This document shows, one piece after another, positions 1 to 11,003 of a stretch of DNA of 64,000 bases. Each line of letters begins with the position of its first letter. The first letter of the stretch is position 1. The position numbers were made by a program, and so were the translations under genes. The notes beneath the pieces were generated by a model that worked only from the letters and a program-made list of their open reading frames with translations, did not search any database and was not told the DNA's origin. The stretch lies in contig JAYQLI010000035.1 of the NCBI GenBank assembly GCA_038143065.1, positions 2,688,894-2,752,893 on the forward strand, in the 5' to 3' direction. This stretch comes from Rhodospirillales bacterium. GTDB taxonomy: Bacteria; Pseudomonadota; Alphaproteobacteria; Bin95.

Positions 1-47
1 ACTCATCCACTTTTCCGCTATATATAAAACCCTAGTTTCAATGGGTA

Positions 48-836
48 TCAACCAAGACCGTAGGGGGCTCCCCAACGACGAATGCCATCCAGAGTATCTC
101 CTTCAGGTCTATACTCACATCCTATCCAGCCGTCGTAACCAAGCTTATCGAGCAAGGCAAAGACATAGGGATAATTTATCTCACCTATATCTGGCTCGTG
201 CCTCTCAGGAACACCAGCAATCTGTATATGACCAACATTGGGACCAATATACTGTTGTGCTCGCATGGCAAGGTCGCCTTCCATGATTTGCACATGATAA
301 AAATCCATCTGAACCTTAACGTTTGCCCTTTTTACGTTGCTAAGAATATCGTGAGCACCTTGTTGGTAATTTATAAAATATCCAGGCACGTCACGAGTAT
401 TTATGGGTTCTATAAGTGCCATTCGACCAGAAGAAGCAAGTTTATCTCCAGCTTTTGTTAAGTTTGAGATGTACGTAGCTCTTGCTTCTGCCAGATCCAT
501 ATTCTCTGTGACAAGGCCAGCCATACAGTGAAGTCTGGTGCAACCTAAAGCCTCGGCATAAAACATGGCTTTATTCAGCGCTTCATCAAAGTCGTTTTGT
601 CTGCCCGGCATTGCTGCAAAGCCTCGCTCACCCTTTGTCCAGTCTCCCGGTGGAAGATTAAATAAGGCAACTTCCACGCCAGCATCCCTTGCAGCTTTTG
701 CTACTTCTTCTGCCGGATGATCGTAGGGGAAAAGGAATTCAACCCCTTTGAAACCAGCACTCGCAGCAGCGGAAAAACGGTCAAGAAAGGGCAAGTCTTG
801 AAACATCATTGACAAATTTGCAGCAAATTTTGGCAT
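48..836 (-). CDS. Hydroxypyruvate isomerase family protein (Hyi/OtnI-like)
   Basis: MPKFAANLSMMF N-terminus, IEPIN, DFYHVQIMEGD, GHIQIAGVPERHEP and GCEYRP motifs typical of Hyi/YgbM(OtnI). Confidence 0.9.
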   Translation of the reverse strand: MPKFAANLSMMFQDLPFLDRFSAAASAGFKGVEFLFPYDHPAEEVAKAARDAGVEVALFNLPPGDWTKGERGFAAMPGRQNDFDEALNKAMFYAEALGCTRLHCMAGLVTENMDLAEARATYISNLTKAGDKLASSGRMALIEPINTRDVPGYFINYQQGAHDILSNVKRANVKVQMDFYHVQIMEGDLAMRAQQYIGPNVGHIQIAGVPERHEPDIGEINYPYVFALLDKLGYDGWIGCEYRPEGDTLDGIRRWGAPYGLG

Positions 837-1050
837 AGAAATAATGGTCCTGAAGTGGTCACTGATATTCTTATAGCGCAGTCACGCGCTACTCATCACA
901 GATTTTTATGTAGATATTTTAAACTCGTGAAAACTCGTTGGTCTTTCCAAATTCTAGGCCCAAAAATTAATTTGAGGGGATTGCTATCTAGAAATTTGTT
1001 TTTCAATATCGGTTTTGCTGGTTTTCAGTTTTTAATGTTAAGAGGGCCTA

Positions 1051-3139
1051 ATGCTTAAAGTAGATGCTGCAACTGTCGAAATTCGCAACAGCGCTTGCCC
1101 TCACGACTGCCCTTCAACCTGTGCGCTTGAGGTCGAGCGTCTAAATAACCAAACCATTGGCCGAATACGAGGATCCAAAGCAAATACTTATACGGACGGA
1201 GTGATTTGCGCCAAAGTTGCCAGGTATGCCGAAAGAGCCCACCATCCAGATCGCTTGCTTCGGCCGTTAGTTAGAACTGGGCCAAAAGGTTCAAAACAGT
1301 TTCGAGAAATTAACTGGGAAGAGGCGTTAGACCGAGTCACGGAGCGATTTTTAGACATTGAGCGTGAATCCGGGGCCGAAGCGATTTGGCCTTATTATTA
1401 TGCGGGCACTATGGGGCTTGTAATGCGCGATGGCATAAATCGTCTTCGCCATGCCAAGAAATATTCTGGACAATATTCCACAGTTTGCACAACTCTTGCT
1501 TTTACCGGTTTTATAGCTGGCACAGGCGCACTTCGTGGGGTGGATCCGCGAGAAATGGCCGATAGCGATCTAGTTGTGATCTGGGGAACAAACCCTGTTA
1601 ATACACAGGTTAATGTGATGACCCATGCTGTTAAGGCCAGAAAGAGAGGTGGTCGCATAGCTGTTGTAGATGTTTATGAAAACAGTACAGCACAACAGGC
1701 GGATATTTTTGTTCGGGTAAACCCTGGAACAGACGCTGCACTCGCTTGTGCTGTGATGCATATTTTATTTCGGGACGGTTATGCCGATTGGGATTACTTA
1801 GAAAAATACACAGATGCTCCGAAGGAATTAGAGGCACATTTAAAGACTCGGGGTCCCGAGTGGGCAAGTCGTATCACGGGCGCTTCAATTGAGAAGATTG
1901 AGGAATTTGCCAAGGCGATAGCAGATACACAAAAGACTTTCTTTCGCTTGGGCTATGGGTTCACGCGTCAAAGAAATGGCGCTGTTGCTATGCATGCGGC
2001 CAGTTGCATAGCGGCGGTTACCGGCGCTTGGAAGTATAAGGGAGGTGGAGCGTTCCATAACAACGGTGCGATTTTTGGCTGGGATAAAACGTTGATCGAA
2101 GGCTTGGATCTGCGTGATCCTAGTGTTCGTGTTTTAGATCAAGCCCGTATAGGCCATGTTCTCACTGGTGACGCGGATGCTTTGAAAGGCGGAGTGCCTG
2201 TTCAAGGCCTTTTTATCCAAAACACCAATCCTATGATGATAGCCCCGGAGCATTTGACAGTTAAGCAAGGCTTCGCTCGAGATGATTTATTCACTGTCGT
2301 TCACGAGCAATTTCTTACCGAAACGGCAGCTATGGCAGATGTTGTTCTGCCCGCAACTATGTTTACAGAGCATGATGATTTTTATCAGGGTGGTGGACAT
2401 CAACACATTTTGCACGGTTTACAAATTGTTGCCCCCTGGCGAATGTCGCTCCAATCATCAAGTTATTTGCGAATTAGCAAAGCGATTAGGGGCGGAGCAC
2501 CCTGGTTTTGAGATGACGCCAAAGCAAATAATTGAAGCAACGCTTCAAGCTTCTGGCAGGAATGGACTTGATGAATTAGCTCGAGAGAATTGGTTTGACG
2601 TACAGCCGGCGTTCCATCAAGCGCATTATATTGATGGATTTGCTCATCCGGATGGGAAATTTCACTTCCAAGCGAATTGGAGTGAGCCATCTCCAAAAGG
2701 CTTTGGGCATCATGCTCCTGAAAACATGCCAAAATTCCCCGACCATTGGGACGTTATAGACAAAGCGACTTCCGATAAACCGTTTCGAATGGCAACTAGT
2801 CCAGCACGAGGGTTCCTAAACTCAAGTTTCACTGAAACTCAGAGTTCTAGAAAAAGAGAAGGCAGACCTTCGGTAATGATGAGTTCAGCAGATGCAGCCA
2901 AGCTAGATTTGGTTGATGGTCAGCGAGTTTGTATTGGTAATGATCGTGCAGACACTATTCTGCATTTAAAAGTTACTGACGTTGCGAACCCGGGCGTGGT
3001 GATTGTGGAATCAATCTGGCCAAATTCAGATTTTGAAACAGGTATTGGAATTAATGCACTAACCTCTGCTGAGCCAGGTAGTCCTGTTGGCGGAGCGGTA
3101 TATCACGACACTGCAGTTTGGGTGCGCCCAGCGGATTAA
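1051..3139 (+). CDS. Molybdopterin (Mo-bisPGD) oxidoreductase family protein; one frameshift near 2432
   Basis: N-terminal CPHDCPSTC...C Fe-S motif, IWGTNP, TETAAMADVVLPAT; ORF 2282..3139 supplies the C-terminal dinucleotide-binding domain (LNSSF...YHDTAVWV); frames switch at the C5 run gttgccccctggc. Confidence 0.85.
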
Positions 3140-3203
3140 AGTAGGCTTAAATTCTTAGTACAAAATCCAAAGACTTTTATTGCGATGGTTTTAGTTTTCA
3201 GGA

Positions 3204-4909
3204 TTACGTGCCTGCTCTTAGCAGTCTGCCAGGTAGAGCGTCTGTGGGCTGCCCCTCGCGCCAAACTGGCTGACCTTTTAGTATTGTAGCCTTAAATCCG
3301 TTGGAATGCTGCATAATGCGCTTGCCACCGGCGGGTAGATCATAAACCACTTCTGGACGCCTTAGATTCAGAGAATCATAGTCAATTATATTTATATCTG
3401 CCTGCATTCCCGTTTGGATAAGGCCGCGATCTTGGAGGCCTATTGCTGCAGCGTTCGCAAAAGTCAGACGCCGTACCATTGCTTCTATTGGTTGCTTTGG
3501 CCCTCGCTGCCTATCGCGTGTCCAGTGGGTAAGGGTGTGCGCCATATCAGTTGCATCGCACATTATGCCAACATGAGCTCCACCATCCCCTAGGCCAATC
3601 AAGGTGTTTGGATGACCTAACATTTCAAATACAGCCGACATGCTTCCGTCGCTATAATTAGTCATTGGATGGTACAGGATGCCCCTGCCTTCATTTTGCA
3701 ACATGATGTCATAGGCAATGGAAGCGGGATCTTTTTCCACTCGGCGCGCTATAGCTCCTACGCTGGTGTTTGGCTCAGGCTCGTAGTCTGGTTTGTCCCC
3801 TAATTCGAAAAGCCAGTCCCAATCACGCAGACGCTTCTGCTGTTCGGGGAGCCCCTGGTTCCGCAAGGATACGCGCACGAAAGCTAGGGTCGCGGAGTAT
3901 TTTAAGCCGATTTTCTAAGTTGAGAGGGCTAATTCTTGCCAGCTTGGACATCCGAGGAATGGATTTTCTGATAGTTCAAACCCCATCAAAGTGCTAGTTG
4001 GTCGCCCTCGCACCTGGCCGGTAATTTTCAAACCATCTGCATTAGCGTTCTCAATTCTGGTTAGAAGATCGCGCCATTGATTAGGAAAAGAGTTCTTTTG
4101 TAACAGGGTCAAAGTTACTGGAAGGCCTGAGCGTCGTGCAAGACGGGTGAGAAGGCCAAATTCTTCGTCGATCTGAGTACCGTAATCGCCAACCCATTGA
4201 AGCCATCCATGACCAACTTGCCGCGCAGCGTCAATAATTGCTGTGAGTTCCGCTTCAGCTGCTCCATACGATGGAATAGGTTCACCCTCAGCTGTTCGGT
4301 GTTGTAGGAGTCTGGAGGTGGAAAAACCAAAAGCCCCGGAGCTCAGTGCGTCTGCGGTAAGCTTTGCCATAGCTTCACAATCATCGGGCGTAGCATCTTC
4401 TCTACGAGCTCCTCGCTCTCCCATGACAAAAACGCTTAAAGCTGCGTGTGGAACTTGGGTGCCAATGTCAACATCGTAACAACGGTGTGAGAGCGCATCG
4501 AGATAATCCGGAAAGCTCGCCCAATTCCACGGTAGGCCTTCCCTCATGACTACCTCTGGGATGTCCTCTACTCCCTCCATAAGGGAAATGAGCATGTCAT
4601 GATGTTCTGGCCGCACTGGAGCGAAGCCAACCCCACAGTTGCCCATCAAAACAGTTGTGACACCATTGCAAGAAGAGGGGTTAATCGGTTCGCCCAGGTT
4701 GCCTGAGCATCATAATGGGTGTGAATATCAACAAAACCTGGAGTAACCAGAAGTCCGCGAGCGTCGATTTCTTCAAGGCCCGAGTCTATTACTTTTCCAA
4801 TGTTCAGGATTTTTCCATCAGCGATCGCAATATCACTTTCGTGCATAGGCGCGCCTGTTCCATCAGCAATGGTGCCACGACGCACTACAAGATCAGGTCT
4901 ACCGCTCAT
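3204..4909 (-). CDS. N-acyl-D-amino-acid deacylase-like amidohydrolase; frameshifts near 4680 and 3905
   Basis: Three consecutive ORFs give GTIADGTG, PGFVDIHTHYD, MGNCGVGFAP, GLGDGGAHV and ADINIID motifs of one amidohydrolase. Confidence 0.85.
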
Positions 4910-4920
4910 GGGATTGATCC

Positions 4921-5685
4921 TTATTTCTGGGGAATGAAAGCAGCACGCGTGCCACCATCTACTGGAATAATGGTGCCCGTGACGTAAGCTGCATCTTCAC
5001 TTAAGAGGAATCGCATAACGCGAACTATGTCCCGGGGTTCCGCTATACGCCCAAGTGGAGATGATCCAGATGGCCTCCAATTTCCTTGTTTGGTTGGGTC
5101 GCTTTGACCTGAAATCATCGGTGTATCTACAGTTCCGGGGGCGAGGGCATTGACCAAGATACCATCAGCGGCACATTCGGCAGCCAATATTTGTGTTAAC
5201 TGGCTGACAGCGGCTTTTGATGCCGAGTAGGCACCACTTTCAATCTTGGGTCGAATCGCGGAAATAGAACTCATCAAAATTATCCGACTAAGTTCGCCTG
5301 AACTCGCAGCTGCTTTCAACATTGGAATTGCTTCACGGCATGTTAACCATAAACCCCGGACATTTACGTTCATCACAAGGTCAAAATCTTCTACTGCCAT
5401 GTTGGCAAGTCGGCCTAGTTTAAGAACACCCGCTGAGCAAATTAAGCAATTTACTGCGCTAACAGTGCTCTGAATTGCTTCCATAGTTTTCTTTACCGCA
5501 TCGGCATTACCAAGATCGCAGGCTAAAGGAAAAAAATGTGGAGAGGCAAGTTTTTCAGTGGCGACTGTAAGTTCCTTTTGCGAGACGTCTAATCCATAAA
5601 TTGTCCAACCTTTTTCAATTAAGTCTCTAGCGGCTTCTAGTCCTATTCCTGACGCAACTCCAGTAATTATTGCTGTCTGAGACAT
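4921..5685 (-). CDS. Short-chain dehydrogenase/reductase (SDR)
   Basis: TGVASGIG, YSASK, VNALAPG, PVDGG; ATG at 5685 preceded by GGAG. Confidence 0.92.
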   Translation of the reverse strand: MSQTAIITGVASGIGLEAARDLIEKGWTIYGLDVSQKELTVATEKLASPHFFPLACDLGNADAVKKTMEAIQSTVSAVNCLICSAGVLKLGRLANMAVEDFDLVMNVNVRGLWLTCREAIPMLKAAASSGELSRIILMSSISAIRPKIESGAYSASKAAVSQLTQILAAECAADGILVNALAPGTVDTPMISGQSDPTKQGNWRPSGSSPLGRIAEPRDIVRVMRFLLSEDAAYVTGTIIPVDGGTRAAFIPQK

Positions 5686-5840
5686 CGACTCGATCTCCAC
5701 GGTAAATGCAGAGTTCTAGCAAAGCGTCACAGTTATAAAGTATCAAGGCCAAATAGTTTTGGAGCAATATTGGGAATGCTAGTTACGCAAAGCCAATAAA
5801 GTTAATTTAATGCAAAAATAGCATCATCCTGAAGGAAATC

Positions 5841-5916
<76 letters not shown>

Positions 5917-6051
5917 AAGCTGACTCAGCATTACAATCTGTGTCAGCAGCTCGGAGCAGATACAGGTTAGGCCCTCGAGAAGTCAAGTAAGTCGTTGCTA
6001 TTGTCACAGAAAGACTGGACAAAAACCTATGTTAGGACGATATTCTGTCTT

Positions 6052-6150
6052 GGATGATTGGCCGTGGGCGGACCCCTCGCCAACCCGGTCAGGTCCGGAA
6101 GGAAGCAGCCGTAACGAGTTTTTGGTTCGGGTCGCGTGCCAGTCGTCCAC
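6052..6150 (+). ncRNA. ffs: Signal recognition particle (4.5S) RNA
   Basis: Conserved core GGTCAGGTCCGGAAGGAAGCAGCC; ends GGATGATTGG/CCAGTCGTCC pair; directly upstream of dnaX. Confidence 0.95.
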
Positions 6151-6179
6151 TCACTTTTTTCTGACCCTTTGGTTGGTTT

Positions 6180-7964
6180 ATGTCAGATACAGTTCCTTAC
6201 CGCGTTCTCGCTAGAAAATATCGGCCAAGAGATTTTGACGATCTGATTGGTCAAGAGGCTATGGTTCGTACCCTTGGGAACGCATTTCAGCGAAATCGTA
6301 TCGCTCAAGCTTATCTTTTGACTGGTGTGCGTGGAATTGGAAAGACAACAACAGCACGCATAATTGCTAGTGCATTAAACTGTATTGGACATGACGGCGA
6401 AGGTGGGCCAACGATAAAGCCTTGTGGTGAGTGTGTTCATTGCAAAGACATTATGGAGGACCGTGATGTCGATGTAGTTGAACTGGATGCTGCGTCGAAT
6501 AATAGTGTTGATAATGCGCGGGAAATTTCAGAAGCGTCGCGATACCGACCGGCATCAGCTAGATACAAGGTCTACATCCTCGATGAAGCACATATGCTCA
6601 CTAATCAGGCATTCAACGCGCTTTTAAAGACCCTCGAAGAACCGCCCCCCCATGTTAAGTTTATATTTGCAACGACAGAAGTACGTAGACTGCCAGTAAC
6701 AGTTCTGTCGCGCTGTCAGCGCTTTGACCTTCGTCGAGTGTCACCAGATCAACTTACAGCCCATTTCTCAAAAATTGCGGAGGCCGAAGGTGCTGAGTTT
6801 GAGGAAGAAGCAGTTCGGATGATTGCCAGAGCCGCAGATGGGTCAGTGCGCGATGGCCTATCATTATTGGATCAGGCGATAGCCTTAGGTGACCCAGGTC
6901 AGCCAATAAATTCTGACTTGGTCCGAGAGATGTTGGGGCTAGCTGATCGGCTGGCTGTTTATGATCTTCTAGATAGTACAATGAAGGGTGACGCATCCTC
7001 CGTGCTATCCCAATTTGGCGAAATGGTCTCAATCGGTGCTGAACCTGCTGCTGTGCTTCATGATCTTATGGAAGCAATATACTGGACAACACGGCTTAGC
7101 GTTGACCCTAAGGGAGTTGATTTTGCGGGCTCCTCGGAAGCAGAACAGGCGCGGGCCTCAAAGTTGGCTGGTCAATTAACTGTCCCGATCTTAACGCGAG
7201 CATGGCAGCTTGTATCAAAAGGGTACGGCGAAACTATGACCGCCGCATCACCCAGACTTGCTGGGGAGATGGCGTTAATTCGTTTATGTTACGCTTCAAA
7301 TCTACCAACTCCCGATGATTTAATCCGTCGGATTGAGAATTCCTCTGAAACAAACGTTGCAACATCGTTTTCTCCATCGTCTAAGCGTGGCGGAGGGCCT
7401 AATATATCTGGTGGTCCGCAAGCTGCAGCGCTACTCGCTGAGGCCCCGAACGTGGAACCCATAAGTTCCCCAGCTCCAGTACAAATGCCCACCGAACAAC
7501 CTGTTGATGCTCACTTTCCTGATTTTGAGAGTTTGGTCGCATGGTTAACAAATAAAGGTGCGCCAAGAGCATTGACGCTATTGAGGCGATTACGCCTCGT
7601 TGCTTTTGAGCCTATGCGCATTGTGTATGAAACCCATGAGGGCTTGCCGGATGATTTTCGCAAAAAGTTACGTGAAGAGCTGGTTCGTACAACCGGCCAG
7701 CTTTGGGTAGTTGAGGAAGCAAAAAGCGGTGGACAGTTAAGTACGGCTGATCTTGAAAAGGCGGCCGATGATAAAATTCGCTCACACCCTTTAGTTCAGG
7801 CTGCTTTAGCGACGTTCCCTGGTTCCGAACTCAAACTTGGTAGGCCAGCTACTTCGGAAGCTGATACAAATCTGTTTGTGCCCTCGACACGCGACGATGA
7901 AGACCCAGATGTTGTGTATGAAGACGATTTTACCCTTGGAGAAGAGTGGGAGCCCGAGAATTGA
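6180..7964 (+). CDS. dnaX: DNA polymerase III subunit gamma/tau
   Basis: YRVLARKYRP, GVRGIGKTT Walker A, LDEAHML, SRCQRF. Confidence 0.97.
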   Translation: MSDTVPYRVLARKYRPRDFDDLIGQEAMVRTLGNAFQRNRIAQAYLLTGVRGIGKTTTARIIASALNCIGHDGEGGPTIKPCGECVHCKDIMEDRDVDVVELDAASNNSVDNAREISEASRYRPASARYKVYILDEAHMLTNQAFNALLKTLEEPPPHVKFIFATTEVRRLPVTVLSRCQRFDLRRVSPDQLTAHFSKIAEAEGAEFEEEAVRMIARAADGSVRDGLSLLDQAIALGDPGQPINSDLVREMLGLADRLAVYDLLDSTMKGDASSVLSQFGEMVSIGAEPAAVLHDLMEAIYWTTRLSVDPKGVDFAGSSEAEQARASKLAGQLTVPILTRAWQLVSKGYGETMTAASPRLAGEMALIRLCYASNLPTPDDLIRRIENSSETNVATSFSPSSKRGGGPNISGGPQAAALLAEAPNVEPISSPAPVQMPTEQPVDAHFPDFESLVAWLTNKGAPRALTLLRRLRLVAFEPMRIVYETHEGLPDDFRKKLREELVRTTGQLWVVEEAKSGGQLSTADLEKAADDKIRSHPLVQAALATFPGSELKLGRPATSEADTNLFVPSTRDDEDPDVVYEDDFTLGEEWEPEN

Positions 7965-8281
7965 AGCTCGCAAATATAATGAAGCAAGCCCAGCAAATGC
8001 AGGCGAAGATGTCCGAAATGCAAGAGAGTCTTGCAAATTATGAGGTCTCTGGTGAATCTGGGGCAGGCCTTGTTCAGGCTATGGTTTCTGGAAAAGGTGA
8101 GTTGAAATCAATTAAGATTTCACCTGAAGCTATGGACCCTAGTGATCCCACATTGCTTGAGGATCTGGTTGTAGCTGCTGTTGCCGATGCTCGGAGTAAA
8201 GCTGAGGTATATATGCAGGAAAAAATGCAGGAGATGACTGGAGGTATGGGTTTACCCGAAGGTTTCAAGCTTCCTTTTTGA
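7961..8281 (+). CDS. ybaB: YbaB/EbfC nucleoid-associated protein
   Basis: MKQAQQMQAKM, GESGAGLV, LEDLVVAA; between dnaX and recR; TTG start overlapping the dnaX stop is assumed. Confidence 0.93.
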   Translation: MKLANIMKQAQQMQAKMSEMQESLANYEVSGESGAGLVQAMVSGKGELKSIKISPEAMDPSDPTLLEDLVVAAVADARSKAEVYMQEKMQEMTGGMGLPEGFKLPF

Positions 8282-8292
8282 GAGATTAGGTA

Positions 8293-8889
8293 ATGCCTGC
8301 ACCAGCCGTTGAACGATTAATCCAACAACTATCTCGTCTACCTGGCTTGGGACCTCGCTCTGCTCGCAGAGCAGCCTTGCACCTTATACAACGTAAAGAG
8401 GCAGCCCTTTCGCCTCTTCTTCGGGCATTAAGCGAAGTTGAATCCAGCGTTCGAACTTGCGGCCAGTGTGGAAATATAGACGCCCGCGATCCTTGTGAAA
8501 TATGCCGTGATCTCGAGCGTGATGGTTCAACCATATGTGTTGTTGAACGGGTTGGTGACCTTTGGGCATTTGAGCGAGCGGGTGCTTTTAGGGGACGGTA
8601 CCATGTCCTCGGTGGGGTTTTGTCAGCCATTGATGGTGTGAAGCCAGAAGACTTGGCTATCGATAGCCTGATACAGCGCGCTTCTTCTGCAGAAATTACA
8701 GAGGTAGTGATTGCTACTAACGCTACTCTAGATGGTCAAACTACGGCACATTACTTGTCAGATCGTTTGGTGCACGCTCGGGTCAATATAACCCGCCTTG
8801 CTCATGGAATGCCTGTTGGAGGCGAGTTAGATTATTTAGACGATGGAACTTTAGCCACCGCTTTGCGATTGAGGCGACCTCTCGAGTAG
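8293..8889 (+). CDS. recR: Recombination mediator RecR
   Basis: LPGLGPRSA HhH, C4 zinc finger, Toprim [13 protein letters not shown]. Confidence 0.97.
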   Translation: MPAPAVERLIQQLSRLPGLGPRSARRAALHLIQRKEAALSPLLRALSEVESSVRTCGQCGNIDARDPCEICRDLERDGSTICVVERVGDLWAFERAGAFRGRYHVLGGVLSAIDGVKPEDLAIDSLIQRASSAEITEVVIATNATLDGQTTAHYLSDRLVHARVNITRLAHGMPVGGELDYLDDGTLATALRLRRPLE

Positions 8890-8948
8890 GTCTTCACAGG
8901 ATACTGCAAGTATTCCGTTAATATTCGCTTAGGCTCAATAGATCTCGG

Positions 8949-9907
8949 TCAGACCACTTTGCGAACTGCATCTACGATGCGAGAGCGGTCTGGAAAATGT
9001 AGTCTTCTAGGCTTGGGCTATAAGGTATAGGAGCATCTAGGCCTGTTACTCGGACAACGGGAGCTTTAAGGGCTTCGAAGCTCTCTGCGTCTTCAACAAC
9101 CCGAGCGGCCACATCAGCTGAAACGCTGGCGGCAGCAGGTGCTTCATCCGCAATGATAAGGCGTCCGGTTTTCAGCACTGATTTTTTTATGGTTTCAATA
9201 TCCATGGGAACAAGAGTGCGAGGATCGATGACTTCTACATCTATCCCCTCCGCAGATAGCTCCTCGGCTGCAGCTAGAGCTTCATGCACCATCCAAGCAA
9301 GTGCTACAATTGTAACATCTTTACCTGCTCGCTTTATATCAGCTTGCCCAAAAGGGATACTGACATCTTCAGTTGGGACGGGGCTAGAGAAATTGCCAAT
9401 CCGACCGGCCTCAAAAAAGATAACCGGATTGTCATCTCTGATAGCAGTTTTGATTAGACCTTTGGCATCGGCTGGCGTCGAAGGAATAGCGAGCTTAAGG
9501 CCAGTCAATTGCATGAACATGCTATAAGGGCTTTGGGAATGTTGAGCTGCTCTGCGGGTGCCGCCGCCAACGGTTGTCCGAAACACGATTGGAAATCGTG
9601 TTTGGCCACCAAACATGTAGTGAATTTTTGCCGCTTGGTTGACTATCTGATCCATAGCAACGAAGCAAAATGTCACTAGTCGCCAATCAACAATTGGTCT
9701 GTATCCGGCACCTGCTGCACCAATTGCCATTCCCGTTAGCGCACTCTCGGCAATCGGGGTCTGGCGAACCCGTGGAAAGCCAAACTCACTATGTAGTCTA
9801 GCAGGCGCTTCTGTGGACATATGGAATATCTTCGGATCGATCCGCATCTCCTCAGCAATGCCCTCGATAATAGCGTCTACGTAAGACATTTCTCTAAATG
9901 TTGTCAT
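8949..9907 (-). CDS. 2-oxoacid/acetoin dehydrogenase E1 beta-like subunit; frameshift near 8992 hides the true C-terminus
   Basis: TPIAESALTG, DQIVNQAAK, AQHSQS, EVIDPRTL; adding one C restores the typical tail PDRSRIVDAVRKVV-stop ending at 8949. Confidence 0.88.
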
Positions 9908-10890
9908 TTAGCTAATCCTGAAAAGACATCTTCAAGGGCAGACTCTTTTGATGGAAATGGACTGTTCTCGGCAAAAGAAACTGCTGTGGCTAGATCTTCT
10001 TCAACAATCGTTTTGAGTTCTTCAAGTCTTTCGTTGGGTAACAGACCTGGTTGGCTTTGCAGCAACGAAATCATTCGTCCAATTGGGTCTTTATCTTTCT
10101 GAAGCCAGGATTCAATTTGCTCGGGAGGTCGAGCATCTGGTTGATCCAGGCGTTCAGTGTGGCGGCGATGCCGGTATGTCTTCGCTTCGATAAGAGTGGG
10201 GCCTTGTCCCGCTCTTGCTCGGGCTACCGCGTCTACCGCTGCATTGTGGACCGCATAAACGTCGTTTCCATCAACGATAACCCCTGGAATGCCATACCCC
10301 TGAGCTCGATCTGCAACGTTTGGGGTCGCCACACTTTCTTCAGCTGGAACATTAACAGCCCATTGGTTGTTTTCGCAGACGTATACCACCGGAAGTTTCC
10401 AGGACGCCGCAATGTTTATTGATTCGTGAAAAGGGCCAGCATTTGAGGCGCCATCACCAAAAAATCCAACGGCGACTGCACCATTATTGTCCATCTGCGA
10501 AGCTAGACCGGCACCAGTTATAATAGAAATACCGCCAGCGACGATACCATTTGCCCCAAGCATCCCAATCGAAAAGTCAGCTATATGCATTGAGCCTCCT
10601 TTTCCTTTGCAATAGCCATCGGCACGACCGTAGAGTTCGGCCATCATTCGATTTAAATCAGCGCCTTTTGCTATGCAGTGTCCGTGCCCTCGATGGGTAG
10701 AGATTATTTGATCCCCGTCTCGGAGGGCCTCACAAACACCAACCGCAACTGCTTCCTCTCCGGAATAGGCGTGCACTACTCCGTATATGTCACCGGCGCG
10801 AAATTTTTCCGATGCGATTTCTTCAAATCGACGAATTGTAATCATTCGCCTGAGCATCGCGTATTGTCGCTCAGGGCTGAGATTAGTCAT
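9904..10890 (-). CDS. ThDP-dependent dehydrogenase E1 alpha subunit (AcoA/PdhA-like)
   Basis: STHRGHGH, GKGGSMH, GDGA...ENN ThDP motif; ATGA overlap with the beta gene. Confidence 0.92.
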   Translation of the reverse strand: MTNLSPERQYAMLRRMITIRRFEEIASEKFRAGDIYGVVHAYSGEEAVAVGVCEALRDGDQIISTHRGHGHCIAKGADLNRMMAELYGRADGYCKGKGGSMHIADFSIGMLGANGIVAGGISIITGAGLASQMDNNGAVAVGFFGDGASNAGPFHESINIAASWKLPVVYVCENNQWAVNVPAEESVATPNVADRAQGYGIPGVIVDGNDVYAVHNAAVDAVARARAGQGPTLIEAKTYRHRRHTERLDQPDARPPEQIESWLQKDKDPIGRMISLLQSQPGLLPNERLEELKTIVEEDLATAVSFAENSPFPSKESALEDVFSGLAK

Positions 10891-11003
10891 AGGAAGCTCT
10901 CCCCACCTGTGATGCAAAAATCATGCACCAGTTAGTTGCACTGGGTCGAGCAACTTTTTTTATCGTGGGAATATTTGGCCGCCAAGTTGGCTTGTTATAC
11001 TAC

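Noticed and set aside
855-1058. Short ORFs in intergenic or antisense positions (e.g. 855..1058, 6029..6214, 59132..59314 and many antisense ORFs in the track)
   Set aside because: They have no motifs or RBS, and they overlap ffs or lie antisense to well-supported genes, so I treated them as spurious.
7655-7675. CGCAAAAAG in dnaX as an E. coli-type gamma/tau frameshift site
   Set aside because: It reads C AAA AAG rather than A AAA AAG, lies near the C-terminus, and I saw no stimulatory hairpin.
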